A stretch of 62,456 nucleotides of DNA, counting the filler, from Actinomycetota bacterium (GTDB lineage: Bacteria > Actinomycetota > CADDZG01 > JAHWKV01 > JAOPZY01), in NCBI GenBank assembly GCA_025963875.1. It is 9 parts of 9 records of this genome, joined end to end, with 100 filler letters (N's around TTAATTAATTAA, not from the genome) between each part and the next. Parts side by side here need not be neighbours in the genome. Positions count along the whole stretch, not along the records: positions 37,739 to 41,567 come from JAOPZY010000049.1; positions 41,668 to 48,777 come from JAOPZY010000059.1; positions 48,878 to 55,755 come from JAOPZY010000061.1; 6 more parts are not named here. The stretch is one strand, 5' to 3'. Shown here piece after piece: positions 40,853 to 50,523 of this stretch. The position numbers and the translations under genes were made by a program. Each line of letters starts with the position of its first letter. Positions within the stretch are counted from its first letter, which is position 1. The notes under the pieces are model-generated. The model was given only the letters and a program-made list of their open reading frames with translations. It had not been told where the DNA came from and did not search any database.

Positions 40853-41567
40853 AGCGCAAGGCCCTCATCGCCGGTATCGCTCTCGCCCTCGTAGCGGCGG
40901 CCGTCGTGTTCTGGGTGGCCCGCAGGCCAACGCTCACCATCGGGGCGGTCTACCCGACCGGTGGCGGGCAGGGACCGGGCGGTGTCGAGGAGTACCGCGG
41001 CCTGACGCTGGCTGCCGCGCTCCAGAACAAGGGCGGTGGCGTCCAGGGACGCACCATCGACATCCATCTCAAGGCCGCCGACTCTGCGGATGCTGCTCCC
41101 GGGGCGGTGCAGGCGCTGGCGTCGCAGGGAGCGCCGGTGATCGCCGGCAGCTACGGAAGTACCATCTCCTTCCCGGCCGCCCAGGCCGCCTACAACCGGG
41201 GCCTCGACTTCTGGGAGACCGGCGCGGTGGGGGATCTGGGGATGCTGGCGACCGACGTGCCTCCGCCCTACCTCGGCTCCAACGTGTTCCGGTTCCCTCC
41301 GGCGGGATCCGTGCTGGGGTCCTCGGCGGTGGACTTCGTCGCCAACCAGCTGAAGTCGTCGCTCCCCGACCGGCCGCTGCGTTACACGGTCGCCTACGTG
41401 AACGACGCCTACGGGGCAGAGGTCGCCCAGGGAGCGCTCGACCAGATATCCAAGCAGGGGCTGACGCTCGCGGCCAAGATCCCGTACGACCTCCTGCACG
41501 CCGACTACAACGCCGTCGTCGACCAGATCGCCGCCGCCAGGACGGACGTGCTCTTCGTCGCCTCCTA
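40849..41567 (+). CDS. LivK-like ABC substrate-binding protein, 3' truncated
   Basis: MKRKAL..., IGAVYPTGG, GSYGS and VNDAYG. Confidence 0.75.
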
Positions 41568-41889
41568 NNNNNNNNNNNNNNNNNNNNNNNNNNNNNNNNN
41601 NNNNNNNNNNNTTAATTAATTAANNNNNNNNNNNNNNNNNNNNNNNNNNNNNNNNNNNNNNNNNNNNGAAATCAATGGCAAGACCGACGGCCAAGACGAA
41701 GATCGGGAGCAAAGCGACAGTTGATGGACCTGGCACGTGCGCTGCTCTCCTTGAATCGCGTCGACTCAGCAAGGGGGAAAGACTCCTACAAGTCTGGCAC
41801 CCCCGGGTGTTCGCCGGGCGCTCGGTGCCCAGAATGCTCAGCGTGAGCACCGTCCGGCCACTGCCAGGCCGTTCTGCGGGCGGGGGTGC

Positions 41890-42321
41890 CTACTCGGCGC
41901 CGAGGACCTGGAAGCTGTTGCTGACGAAGACGTGGTGCGGCCAGTTGACGCCAATCATGTGGACGTTGTACTCGCCGTTGCTCAACAGCACAACACGGTT
42001 GACGGTGCCTCCTGGGTAGGCCGCCAGGGCAGCGGCCTTGGCCTTATCTGCCGCAGTTCCTGTGACGATCGTGCCCGTCCCGGGACTGAAGTTCGCCGGG
42101 ACCTGACCAACTACCGTCGCCGGACTGGGTTGACCGCGGTGGAACGGGATCACTTTCGCCACATTCGCTGCTGCCGCGCTATTCGACGCGCCCCTGCTCG
42201 AAATCGCGTCGACGATCGCATAGCCACCGATCGCAAGGGCAATGGCCGTGGCGCCGGCAACGACGGATTTGGTGAGCTTGCGCCTGCTCAATATCTTGTG
42301 CCTGAGGTTCATGGTGGTCAT
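41890..42321 (-). CDS. Exported PepSY-like hypothetical protein
   Basis: AGGAG RBS, signal/TM segment and AKAAALAAYPGGTV. Confidence 0.6.
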   Translation of the reverse strand: MTTMNLRHKILSRRKLTKSVVAGATAIALAIGGYAIVDAISSRGASNSAAAANVAKVIPFHRGQPSPATVVGQVPANFSPGTGTIVTGTAADKAKAAALAAYPGGTVNRVVLLSNGEYNVHMIGVNWPHHVFVSNSFQVLGAE

Positions 42322-42653
42322 CTCCTGCTTGCTGGGTCGTTAACTGACCCCAGTGTGCGATCGAGCCCTCATATCCTGCTGTGAGAAACGGAAGAAAAGC
42401 CTGTGAAGATCGACGAAGCCGCCGTGGCCCTTTGTGGGGAACTCTCCGGCGAGAGGGTCCACGACCCATCGTCGGAGGTGGTCGGACGGAATCGCATCGC
42501 CAAGATGCCCGCGAATTTCGGTAATCGGAATCAGTTGGTCGGACCTGCGGAGTGCGCCGCCCGGAACGCACCCAGTCCGAACCGGGCCTCAGTCCCGGCA
42601 GCATCGGCAGCTGAGGCCCGGCTCGGCGGGAACAGATCCGATCCCACCGCCGG

Positions 42654-43043
42654 TCAGGACTCCACGACGTAGAGCGTGTTGCCGTCGGGGTCGCGGAAGG
42701 TGAACATGGGGGGCACGTCCTCCCCGAAGCGCAAAACCGGATCTGTGTCGACGCCGTTGGCCAGGAGGCGGGCGTTGTCCGCCTCCGCATCGGCCGTCAG
42801 GAGTCGGATCGCCGTGTCTACGCCGACAGGGGAGCCCGGGGGTGTGGGAAGGAGGGCGACGGTGGTGGTGCCTTCGGGCGGAGCAACCTCCACCCAGCGG
42901 AGACCTGGCCCGAACGTCACGTCGCGCCGCTTCTCGAAGCCGAGCTTCCCGACGTAGAACTCCAGGGCTCGGTCTTGGTCGGTCGTAGGGACACCCACGT
43001 TCCCTACGCTCGTGATGCGCGTCTTGGTCGCTGCCTCGCTCAT
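42654..43043 (-). CDS. VOC/glyoxalase-family protein
   Basis: DQDRALEFYVGKLGF, RWVEVAPP and FRDPDGN. Confidence 0.9.
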   Translation of the reverse strand: MSEAATKTRITSVGNVGVPTTDQDRALEFYVGKLGFEKRRDVTFGPGLRWVEVAPPEGTTTVALLPTPPGSPVGVDTAIRLLTADAEADNARLLANGVDTDPVLRFGEDVPPMFTFRDPDGNTLYVVES

Positions 43044-43135
43044 CTTCGTTCTCCTTTCCGTTCTGTCAGGACATGAACTCAGACGCCGGACCGCGGCAAA
43101 ACTCATCGCGCCAGATGCACGGTGCGAATCAGGCT

Positions 43136-43441
43136 GTGCCGGTAGGCGCGCCGGCGTTGCCGGTGTGCGTTGAGCAGCGGGTTGAGCTGGTTCATATGTC
43201 GAGGTCGACGTCGTTGCCGCATCGCACGGTGTTGCAGGCCAGAAGGTTGCTGTGGGCGGCGGACGGGGTCGCGAATCAAAAGATCGCCCGGCGCTGTGGG
43301 GTTGATTCGGACACGGTGCGGCGGTGGCGCACACGCTTGGCCGAGAAGGGTGTCGGCGAGGTTGGCGTGATCGCTGCGGCACTAGTCGTTGGGAAGGCCC
43401 TTCAGCAGCTCGGTGAGATCGCTGTCCGCCCGGCAGCGTGA
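43136..43441 (+). mobile_element. IS630-family transposase remnant (HTH only)
   Basis: QRVEL..SRS....HRTVLQARRLLWAADG.ANQKIARRCGV...TVRRWR matches the IS630 N-terminus. No DDE domain follows. Confidence 0.7.
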
Positions 43442-43703
43442 CGAAGTTCAGGCGGTGCCCGTCGAGGTTTGTCGTACCCTCCCCCGGGCCCCGATCCCCC
43501 ACGTGCGAGGCTCTCTTTGCTTCGATACCTCTGGCACGACCCTCGCTCCTCCCGGTCAGTGGAAGAGGCGCACGGAAGGGGGGCGGTTCGGGTCATCGGT
43601 CGTTCGACCCATCTTTTGCCCGAGGTAGGGCTGGCCCGGGGCGAAAGGTCTGCCCCAAAGGCCCTTGCCCGTGCCGCCGGCCACGACCAGACTTGCCTTT
43701 GCG

Positions 43704-45596
43704 ATGAGGCAGCACAACGATCACCCCACGGAATCAACCGGCGGTAGCCAGCGGGCCAGCCTTGGGCCTGTGGGCCCCGTCGCCTCGCAGGCGAACTGGG
43801 CTGTTCCTGACGTGCGCCTCGTCCAACGACTCCAGACCGCCGCCGGCAACGCTGCGGTGACCGACCTCCTCACGCATCCCCCCACGGTCGGGCTCACGCT
43901 CCAGCGCCGGCCGGCCGATGTCGGTGCGACCCCGGCGCTGACCCTCAAGTCGGGGTGGGGTTTCCTCGCCATCCTCGCCACGCCGTGGGACCACCTCCAG
44001 ACGGCCCTGCGGGACTACGCCTCGCTGAAAGACGACCAGTACGCCGCACGCGCGGCAGTGCTCAAGCGTCTGCCGGTCCTCATCACGGACTGGGAACTGC
44101 ACCACAACGTGGGCACCGCGGCGTTGACGGCGGAGGAGAAGGCCAAGGTTGCCGCCATCGTGACGCTGCGGCAGCTGATCGCCGACGAGAAGCGGGAGTT
44201 GGCGGTCCTCGCCGCGGGTGTCGACGAGGCCACGCAGGCGGTGAAAGCCGGACGCTTCAAGGGCGATCCCCTCCTCGAGCAGGTGATGGTCGGGGCGTTG
44301 ACGGTGGGCCTGGGCAACAGCGGGCTCTACGTCACCAAGCTCCAGCAGGCCCTGGCGGACATGCCGTACCTGGCCGTGGACAAGGTCAGCGGCACCTTCG
44401 ACGCCGACACGCAGGCGGCGGTGAAGCGCTTCCAGCGAGCCAACGCTCTGGGGGAGACCGGCACCGTGGACCAGGCAACCATGAGTCGTCTGGAAGGGGG
44501 CTTCCGTGGCCACGCGGTCGAAAAGCAGCTCGCGCAGGCCCCGAAGATCGGGCCGAAGTCAAGCGCCGGGCAGTTTGCCTGGGGCTCCGCTCCCACCCAA
44601 CTCGGTGTGGGCACCCGTGTGCTGGGGCCGGATGAACAGACGGCTGCCAAGGAGGCGGTCAAGACGGCCCAGGTCGCAGGGCCCGGAGGCGTCCTGCCGA
44701 CGTTCGTCAACGACGTCGGTCCGGGCACGTACGAGTCGAGGCTCCAGACGCTGGTGCTTGGCCTCGTCGACCGCCAGTTCAACCGCTTAGCGCGAGGAAA
44801 GGCGGTCGAGCGGACGAAGCCCGACGCGCTCTTCGACTGGGCACACCTCGACGCCGTCGCGGCCAAGTCGAAGGCAGCGACCGACGCGGTGTTCGGCAAG
44901 TTCGCCACCGGCCCCCCGCTGGCCCACGGTGTGAGCATCCATGACGCCTGGGACACGAAGGTCCTGGAGCTGCAGGACGTCTCGGTCCAGGACACATCCG
45001 CGACCTGGCGGGTCAACAAGCTGTTGACAGGCAACGCGGACGTCAAGGCCCTGGACAGAGAGCACGGCGCGATCCAGGGCCGAGGCCCCGAGAAGGCGAT
45101 TGTCGACCGCGTGAGGACGGCCGTGATCGTTGCCAAGCGTGACAAGCTGCTGGAGATCCACAAAGCCTGGCCGGCGTTCGCGTCTGCTGGGGTCGTCAAT
45201 ATCCAGCGGTTCAAAGCGGCGACGGCGTTGGCCAACCGCGACGAGATGTGGAAACTGTTCCACACGGTGGTGCACGAGTACCTGCACACTCTGGAGCACT
45301 CGCGTTATCGGGCATACCAGACGAAGCTGGGACAGCAGGAGGGCTCCTTCACGCTGCGCGAGGGGGTTGTCGAGTACTTCACCCACACCGTCCTCGATGG
45401 AGTCGCCTACGATGACCCCTTGCGTGTGGCGGTCGAAGGACCCTTCCACGACCCCTTGACCAAACACCCCATCCCGCCGTATGGGGGCTACGCCGAGCGA
45501 ACCAGTGCCGAGAAGTTGGCCGGCCTGGTGGGCGCCCGCAACGTCATGGCGGCCTTCTTCCTGGGTGACGTCGAGAAGATCGGAGGCAAGGGGTGA
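43704..45596 (+). CDS. Putative toxin/effector with PG-binding domain and HExxH metallopeptidase
   Basis: N-terminal RLQTAAGNAAV...LQR, PG_binding_1 (KLQQAL...GTFDADTQAAVKRFQ...GTVDQAT), and HEYLH...EGVVEY. Confidence 0.7.
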   Translation: MRQHNDHPTESTGGSQRASLGPVGPVASQANWAVPDVRLVQRLQTAAGNAAVTDLLTHPPTVGLTLQRRPADVGATPALTLKSGWGFLAILATPWDHLQTALRDYASLKDDQYAARAAVLKRLPVLITDWELHHNVGTAALTAEEKAKVAAIVTLRQLIADEKRELAVLAAGVDEATQAVKAGRFKGDPLLEQVMVGALTVGLGNSGLYVTKLQQALADMPYLAVDKVSGTFDADTQAAVKRFQRANALGETGTVDQATMSRLEGGFRGHAVEKQLAQAPKIGPKSSAGQFAWGSAPTQLGVGTRVLGPDEQTAAKEAVKTAQVAGPGGVLPTFVNDVGPGTYESRLQTLVLGLVDRQFNRLARGKAVERTKPDALFDWAHLDAVAAKSKAATDAVFGKFATGPPLAHGVSIHDAWDTKVLELQDVSVQDTSATWRVNKLLTGNADVKALDREHGAIQGRGPEKAIVDRVRTAVIVAKRDKLLEIHKAWPAFASAGVVNIQRFKAATALANRDEMWKLFHTVVHEYLHTLEHSRYRAYQTKLGQQEGSFTLREGVVEYFTHTVLDGVAYDDPLRVAVEGPFHDPLTKHPIPPYGGYAERTSAEKLAGLVGARNVMAAFFLGDVEKIGGKG

Positions 45597-46108
45597 CTGC
45601 CGAGTCTGCCCTGCAAGCCTTCGTGGCCCGCGACGTGCCCCGGATCGAGGGACTTCCGGAGGGTATGACGCTCGAGGAAGCGGCCACCACACTGGGAGCC
45701 GACCCGGCATCGTTCGGCCGCTGGTTCATCGGGGAAGCCCAGGACGAGGTCTTCTACACGCAGGCGGATGTGCCCGGCTACGAGGGGGGAGTCAGGATCT
45801 GGTTCCGCGACGGCGTCGTGCTGGAGGTCACCGGTGCGTGGCCACAGATGGACACCGGCGCGCTGGCGGCGCTCGGGGACCCCGATGACCGGCTCGACTT
45901 CCGCATGGACACGTTGGTCGTCCCCGAAGGGGAGCGCGTGTATGCCGCGCGGGGCCTCGCCGTCCGCCTCAACCGCACGGAAGACCGCGTGGTGGGGTTG
46001 TCCGTCTTCCCGCCGACGACCCCAGCCCGGTACCGAGACGCCCTGCGCCCGGCCGACGAGTACCGTGAGGTGGCCATCGACGACGAGCCCTGGCTCGACG
46101 AGCCGTAG
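45593..46108 (+). CDS. Hypothetical protein, candidate immunity partner
   Basis: GTGA overlap with the upstream stop. Acidic 171-aa protein with no recognisable motif. Confidence 0.6.
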   Translation: MTAESALQAFVARDVPRIEGLPEGMTLEEAATTLGADPASFGRWFIGEAQDEVFYTQADVPGYEGGVRIWFRDGVVLEVTGAWPQMDTGALAALGDPDDRLDFRMDTLVVPEGERVYAARGLAVRLNRTEDRVVGLSVFPPTTPARYRDALRPADEYREVAIDDEPWLDEP

Positions 46109-46244
46109 CCACCGCCCCAGAGCGGCGTTACCAGTGCGGGCGCAGCGCCGCGACCAGCCAAGCGACCGTGCGTCCAACGACCAAGTCCGGCCGCCAATGT
46201 TCAGCCAGAACCAGCGCCTCCTCGGCGACAAGCTCCACCGACCC

Positions 46245-46565
46245 GGCGAGCGGGATTCCCGGGTATGGCTTGTCCGGACCTCCGGACGCCACCCAGGGGC
46301 CGGAGGTTGGGAGCCTAACGCGCGCATGCGCGCACTTCGCTCCCAACTTCGGACCAGAGGCGGGGCGTCAAGGCTGGGGCTTCTGCCTCGAGCGTCAACG
46401 CCGCTCGAAGTCCGGTGGATTTGCCGGGTCTGCGGGCCGGCGCAAAATGGCGAGCGGGATTCCGGGGTATGGCTTGTCCGGACCTCCGGACGCCGGCCAG
46501 GGACCGGAGCTTGGGAGCCTAGCGCGCGAATACGCGCGATTCCCTCCCAACTTCGCACCAGGGGC
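46245..46565 (+). repeat. Two near-identical 117-bp structured direct repeats (46245-46361 and 46449-46565)
   Basis: Both read GGCGAGCGGGATTCC-GGGTATGGCTTGTCCGGACCTCCGGACGCC...GGAG-TTGGGAGCCTA-CGCGCG...CTCCCAACTTCG-ACCAG. Confidence 0.9.
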
Positions 46566-47043
46566 TGGTCGGAAACGGGGCAATTCGGGCGGAAAGCGGG
46601 CCGAGTACAACCTCGGAGGCCCCCTCAGTGGAATTTTGTTCGCGACTGCCTGTTTCGTTCGAATTTGGCCCAGGGTCTTGATCGCATCGGCCAGCAGCAA
46701 CGGGGTGCAAGTCAGATGTAACCCGCATCAGTCTGCTGGTAAGGCCAGCGGTTGAACGCACATCAGTCGGCCGCGACCACTTCCACATCAACGACGACGG
46801 AAGAACCCTTCCATGGCAGCGTCATAGGCGTTGTTGGCGGTCAGGCGCTCTCGATTGACGGCTGCAGCTGCCGTATCGGCGTGGATTACTGTCCCGAGTT
46901 CTCCGAGGGTGCAGACTGTCTTGGCGGCTTCCGTACAGGGGCCGAGCAACTCGTGGACTGCGGCCCAGACCCGGCGGCCCTCGATCCGGCGGACGAATAG
47001 GCCAGTGTGCCGTGCGCTAGACCTGCTGTTAGGGGAGGTGGTC

Positions 47044-48744
47044 GTGGCAAGCCCACTACTCGAGACCAAGTTCCACGTCCCGACACGGCGTCGAGGTTTG
47101 GTGGCTCGTTCAAGACTGAACGAGCGTCTGCGCCGTGCAGGTGAGTCAGCGCTGACGCTCGTGTCGGCGCCGGCTGGGTTCGGCAAGACCACGCTGCTGA
47201 CCGACTGGTTGACGACCGCGCCTGGGGATGGACGCGCTACAGCGTGGCTCTCACTCGACCACAGCGACAACGACCCAGCGCTGTTCTGGGCGTACTTCAT
47301 CGCTGCGCTGAAGACGGCGGCGCCCGGGGTCGGGGAAGGCGCTCTTGCGCTTTTGCGTTCGACCGAGTCGCCGAGGGAAGCGTTCGTTGTGACGCTGCTC
47401 AACGACCTCGCCGCCGTCTCCGACGAGGTCGTGGTGGTGCTCGACGACTACCAAGTGATCGAGGAGCCCGACATCCGGGACGGGATGGCCTACCTGGTGG
47501 AGCACCTACCGCCCCAGATCCGTCTCGTGATCGCTACCCGGGCCGACCCTGCGTTGCCGCTGCCGCGCCTTCGAGCGCGCGGCCAGCTCGTCGAGATCCG
47601 GGCCGCCGATCTGCGGTTCACACTCGGCGAGGCCGCGGCGTATCTCACCGAGGTGATGGGACTGGAGTTGTCGCCGGGGGACGTCGTCGCTTTGGAGGGA
47701 CGCACCGAAGGGTGGATCGCTGCGCTCCAACTGGCGGCGCTGTCGATGCAGGGACGCGACGACCTCGCCGGCTTCATCGCGGGGTTCGCCGGCGACGACC
47801 GCTACATCGTCGACTACCTGGTCGGCGAGGTCTTGCAGCGTCAGCCGGAGCATGTCCGGAGCTTTTTGCTGCAGACCTCCGTCCTGGCCCGGCTGAACGG
47901 CTCGCTCTGCGATGCCGTGACGGGCCAGGACGGAGGACGGGCCATGCTCGAGGCCCTCGATCGCGGCAACCTGTTCCTGGTCCCGCTCGACGACCGCCGC
48001 CTTTGGTACCGCTACCACCATCTGTTCGCGGACGTGCTGCGAGCCCGCCTGCTCGACGAGCAGGGCGACAAGGTCCTCGAACTCCATCGGCGGGCGAGCG
48101 GGTGGTACGCCCGAAACGGTGATCAGTCGGCGGCGATCGGCCATGCGTTGGACGGCGAAGACTTCGAGCGAGCAGCGGACCTCGTCGAGATGGTGGCAAC
48201 ACGACTGCGCCAGGCTCGACAGGAGGCGACGCTGACCCGCTGGCTGGAGGCGCTCCCCGAGGAGCTGTTCCGCGTCAGGCCGGTGCTTGCGATCCTTCTC
48301 GTCGGAGCACACATGGTCCGCGGCGACATCGAGGGCGTGGAAGCACGGCTGCAGGACATCGAGCACTGCCTGGAGGCGACGGCGGCGGAGCGACCGGGCG
48401 GGGCGTCGACGGCAATCGTCGTCATCGACCACGAGGAGTTCGGCCGCCTCCCGAACCAGATCGCAGTCTTCCGCGCCGGACAAGCGCTGATCCGCGGCGA
48501 CGTCGCCGGCACCATCGCACATGCCCATCGCGCGCTCGGGCTCGCCGCTGAGGACGATCATCTCGGGCGTGGTTCGGCGGCCGCCCTGCTCGCTCTCGCG
48601 CTTTGGACCCAAGGCGATCTCGATGGCGCACACCGTTGGTATGCCGATGCCCTAGGTGACGCCGCAGAAAGTGGCCTTTTTCGGCAAGCCCCGTCAGCAC
48701 GGACGGCGGAGCCTTGGGGGCGACCGTTCGACGTTTTCGGGTAG
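47044..48744 (+). pseudogene. MalT-type LuxR ATP-binding regulator, C-terminally truncated
   Basis: LLETKFHVP, APAGFGKTT, TEGWIAALQL and WYRYHHLF. Similarity appears to end at CTAG 48652-48655 and no LuxR HTH follows. Confidence 0.75.
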
Positions 48745-48879
48745 CCCGGCGGCCTTCGTGGCCCCATATGACCCGTCNNNNNNNNNNNNNNNNNNNNNNN
48801 NNNNNNNNNNNNNNNNNNNNNTTAATTAATTAANNNNNNNNNNNNNNNNNNNNNNNNNNNNNNNNNNNNNNNNNNNNAG

Positions 48880-49053
48880 CTCATGGTGCTGAACAAGGTG
48901 GACCTGCTGCCCTACGTCCAGTTCGACCCGGAGCAGTGCATCACCTACGCCCGCCAGGTCAACCCCAAGCTGGACGTCGTCTCGGTGTCGGCCACCCGCG
49001 GCGATGGCCTGGACGCCTGGTACAACTGGCTCCGCGACCAACGCCAACGGTAG
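48880..49053 (+). CDS. hypB: Hydrogenase nickel-insertion GTPase HypB, 3' fragment
   Basis: LMVLNKVDLLPYVQFD...VNP...VSATRGDGLDAWYNWL*. Confidence 0.88.
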   Translation, partial: LMVLNKVDLLPYVQFDPEQCITYARQVNPKLDVVSVSATRGDGLDAWYNWLRDQRQR

Positions 49054-49320
49054 GCGCTCAGAAAATCTCTTGATTTCGAGACAGCCCCGAGGGACTAGGT
49101 AGTTCTGCGACCCGGAAAGATGATTCCTTTGGGGTATCGACTGGGCGCCGGACCCTGTCCTAGTATCAGGAAAGACGCAGCCGGGCGCATTCCCCAAACG
49201 TCACCGGCCGCTTGGCCCGAGGCCCAAGACTCGGGCTCACGGAACCCCCGCCTCGGCCCTCGCCCCCCCGAGGGTCTGGGCGGGCGGTTCCGAACCCAGA
49301 CCCCGGTCCTCAGCCCCCCG

Positions 49321-50523
49321 CTAGCAGATGCGCGGCAGGGGATCGCCCACGAGCATGTCGACGATCCGGGTCCCACCGAACTCCGTCTTCAGCAGCACGA
49401 GCGTGGGCGGATCGTCCTTCACGGCGCCGATGACGGCGGCCCCCTCGCCGAGCGGATGCGACCGCAGTGCCGCCAGGGCGGCCGCCGTCTCTGCCCCGTC
49501 GACGACGATGACGAGGCGCCCCTCGCAGGCGACGTAGAGCGGGTCGATCCCGAGGATCTCGCTCGCTCCCCGGACCTCTTCGCGCGTGGGCACCGCCTTC
49601 TCGTCGACCACGATGGCCACGTTGGATGCCCGGGCCACCTCGTTCAGGATGGTCGCCACGCCGCCACGCGTGGCGTCGCGCATGACGCGCACGCCCGTGG
49701 TGGCGTCGAGGAGGACGCCGATGAGCTCGGCCAGCGGGGCGGTGTCGGACTCGATGTCGCTCTCGATGTCGAGCTCCCCACGGGCGAGCATGACGGTGAC
49801 GCCGTGGTCGCCGATCGGCCCCGACACGAGCACCGAGTCCCCCGGCTTGACGGTGCCGGCCCCCAGGGTGATGTCCCGCTCGATGACGCCGATGCCGGCG
49901 GTGTTGATGTAGACGCCGTCGCACTGCCCCCGCTCGACGACCTTGGTGTCCCCGGTCACGATCTGCACGCCTGCCACCGCAGCGGCCACGGCCATCGAGT
50001 CGGCGATCTGCTGGAGGTCGGCGACGGGGAAGCCCTCCTCGAGGATGAAGCCCGCCGACAGGTAGAGCGGCCGGGCGCCGCCGACGGCGAGGTCGTTCAC
50101 CGTCCCGTTCACCGCCAGGTCCCCGATGTTGCCGCCCGGAAAGAACAGGGGGTGGACGACGAAGGAGTCCGTCGTGAACGCCAGGCGGGCGCCGCCCACC
50201 GTGAGCGTCGCCTGGTCCTCCATCGCCTCGAGGACGGGGTTGCGGAAGGACTCCAGGAACAGGGCGTCGATCAGCGTGTGCGTGGCCTTGCCCCCGGCGC
50301 CATGGGCGAGGGTGATCCGCTCCTCTTTGATCTTCGCCTTGCGCCGGCGCTGGCGGTCGATCCGGGCCAGGACCTGCTCCTCGAGGGACAGGGTCTGCCC
50401 CCCGAGGGCGTACTGGGCAAGCTCGGGGTCCTCGTGCGACGCAGCGTCGCGGACCGCTTCCTCGGCCCAGTCGGCCGAGCGCTGGTCGGTGTCTCCGGGA
50501 TGGGTGACCTGCTCGCCGCTCAA
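49321..50523 (-). CDS. hypE: Hydrogenase maturation protein HypE
   Basis: ITLAHGAGG, TTDSFVV, GTVNDLA, MRDATRGG and C-terminal LPRIC. Confidence 0.97.
   Translation of the reverse strand: MSGEQVTHPGDTDQRSADWAEEAVRDAASHEDPELAQYALGGQTLSLEEQVLARIDRQRRRKAKIKEERITLAHGAGGKATHTLIDALFLESFRNPVLEAMEDQATLTVGGARLAFTTDSFVVHPLFFPGGNIGDLAVNGTVNDLAVGGARPLYLSAGFILEEGFPVADLQQIADSMAVAAAVAGVQIVTGDTKVVERGQCDGVYINTAGIGVIERDITLGAGTVKPGDSVLVSGPIGDHGVTVMLARGELDIESDIESDTAPLAELIGVLLDATTGVRVMRDATRGGVATILNEVARASNVAIVVDEKAVPTREEVRGASEILGIDPLYVACEGRLVIVVDGAETAAALAALRSHPLGEGAAVIGAVKDDPPTLVLLKTEFGGTRIVDMLVGDPLPRIC

Noticed and set aside
42379..42406. OmpR/PhoP-like direct repeat (CTGTGA twice, 22 bp apart) upstream of the PepSY-like gene
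   Set aside because: Only two 6-mers and no cognate regulator in view, so it is too weak to call.
46245..46565. CRISPR array
   Set aside because: There are only two 117-bp units, far longer than CRISPR repeats, and no cas genes are present.
46128..47030. Short ORF fragments (WRPDLVV glycosyltransferase-like piece; possible IS end GGGGTGCAAGTCAGATGTAAC near 46702)
   Set aside because: Too short and degenerate to assign without a search. Probably debris.
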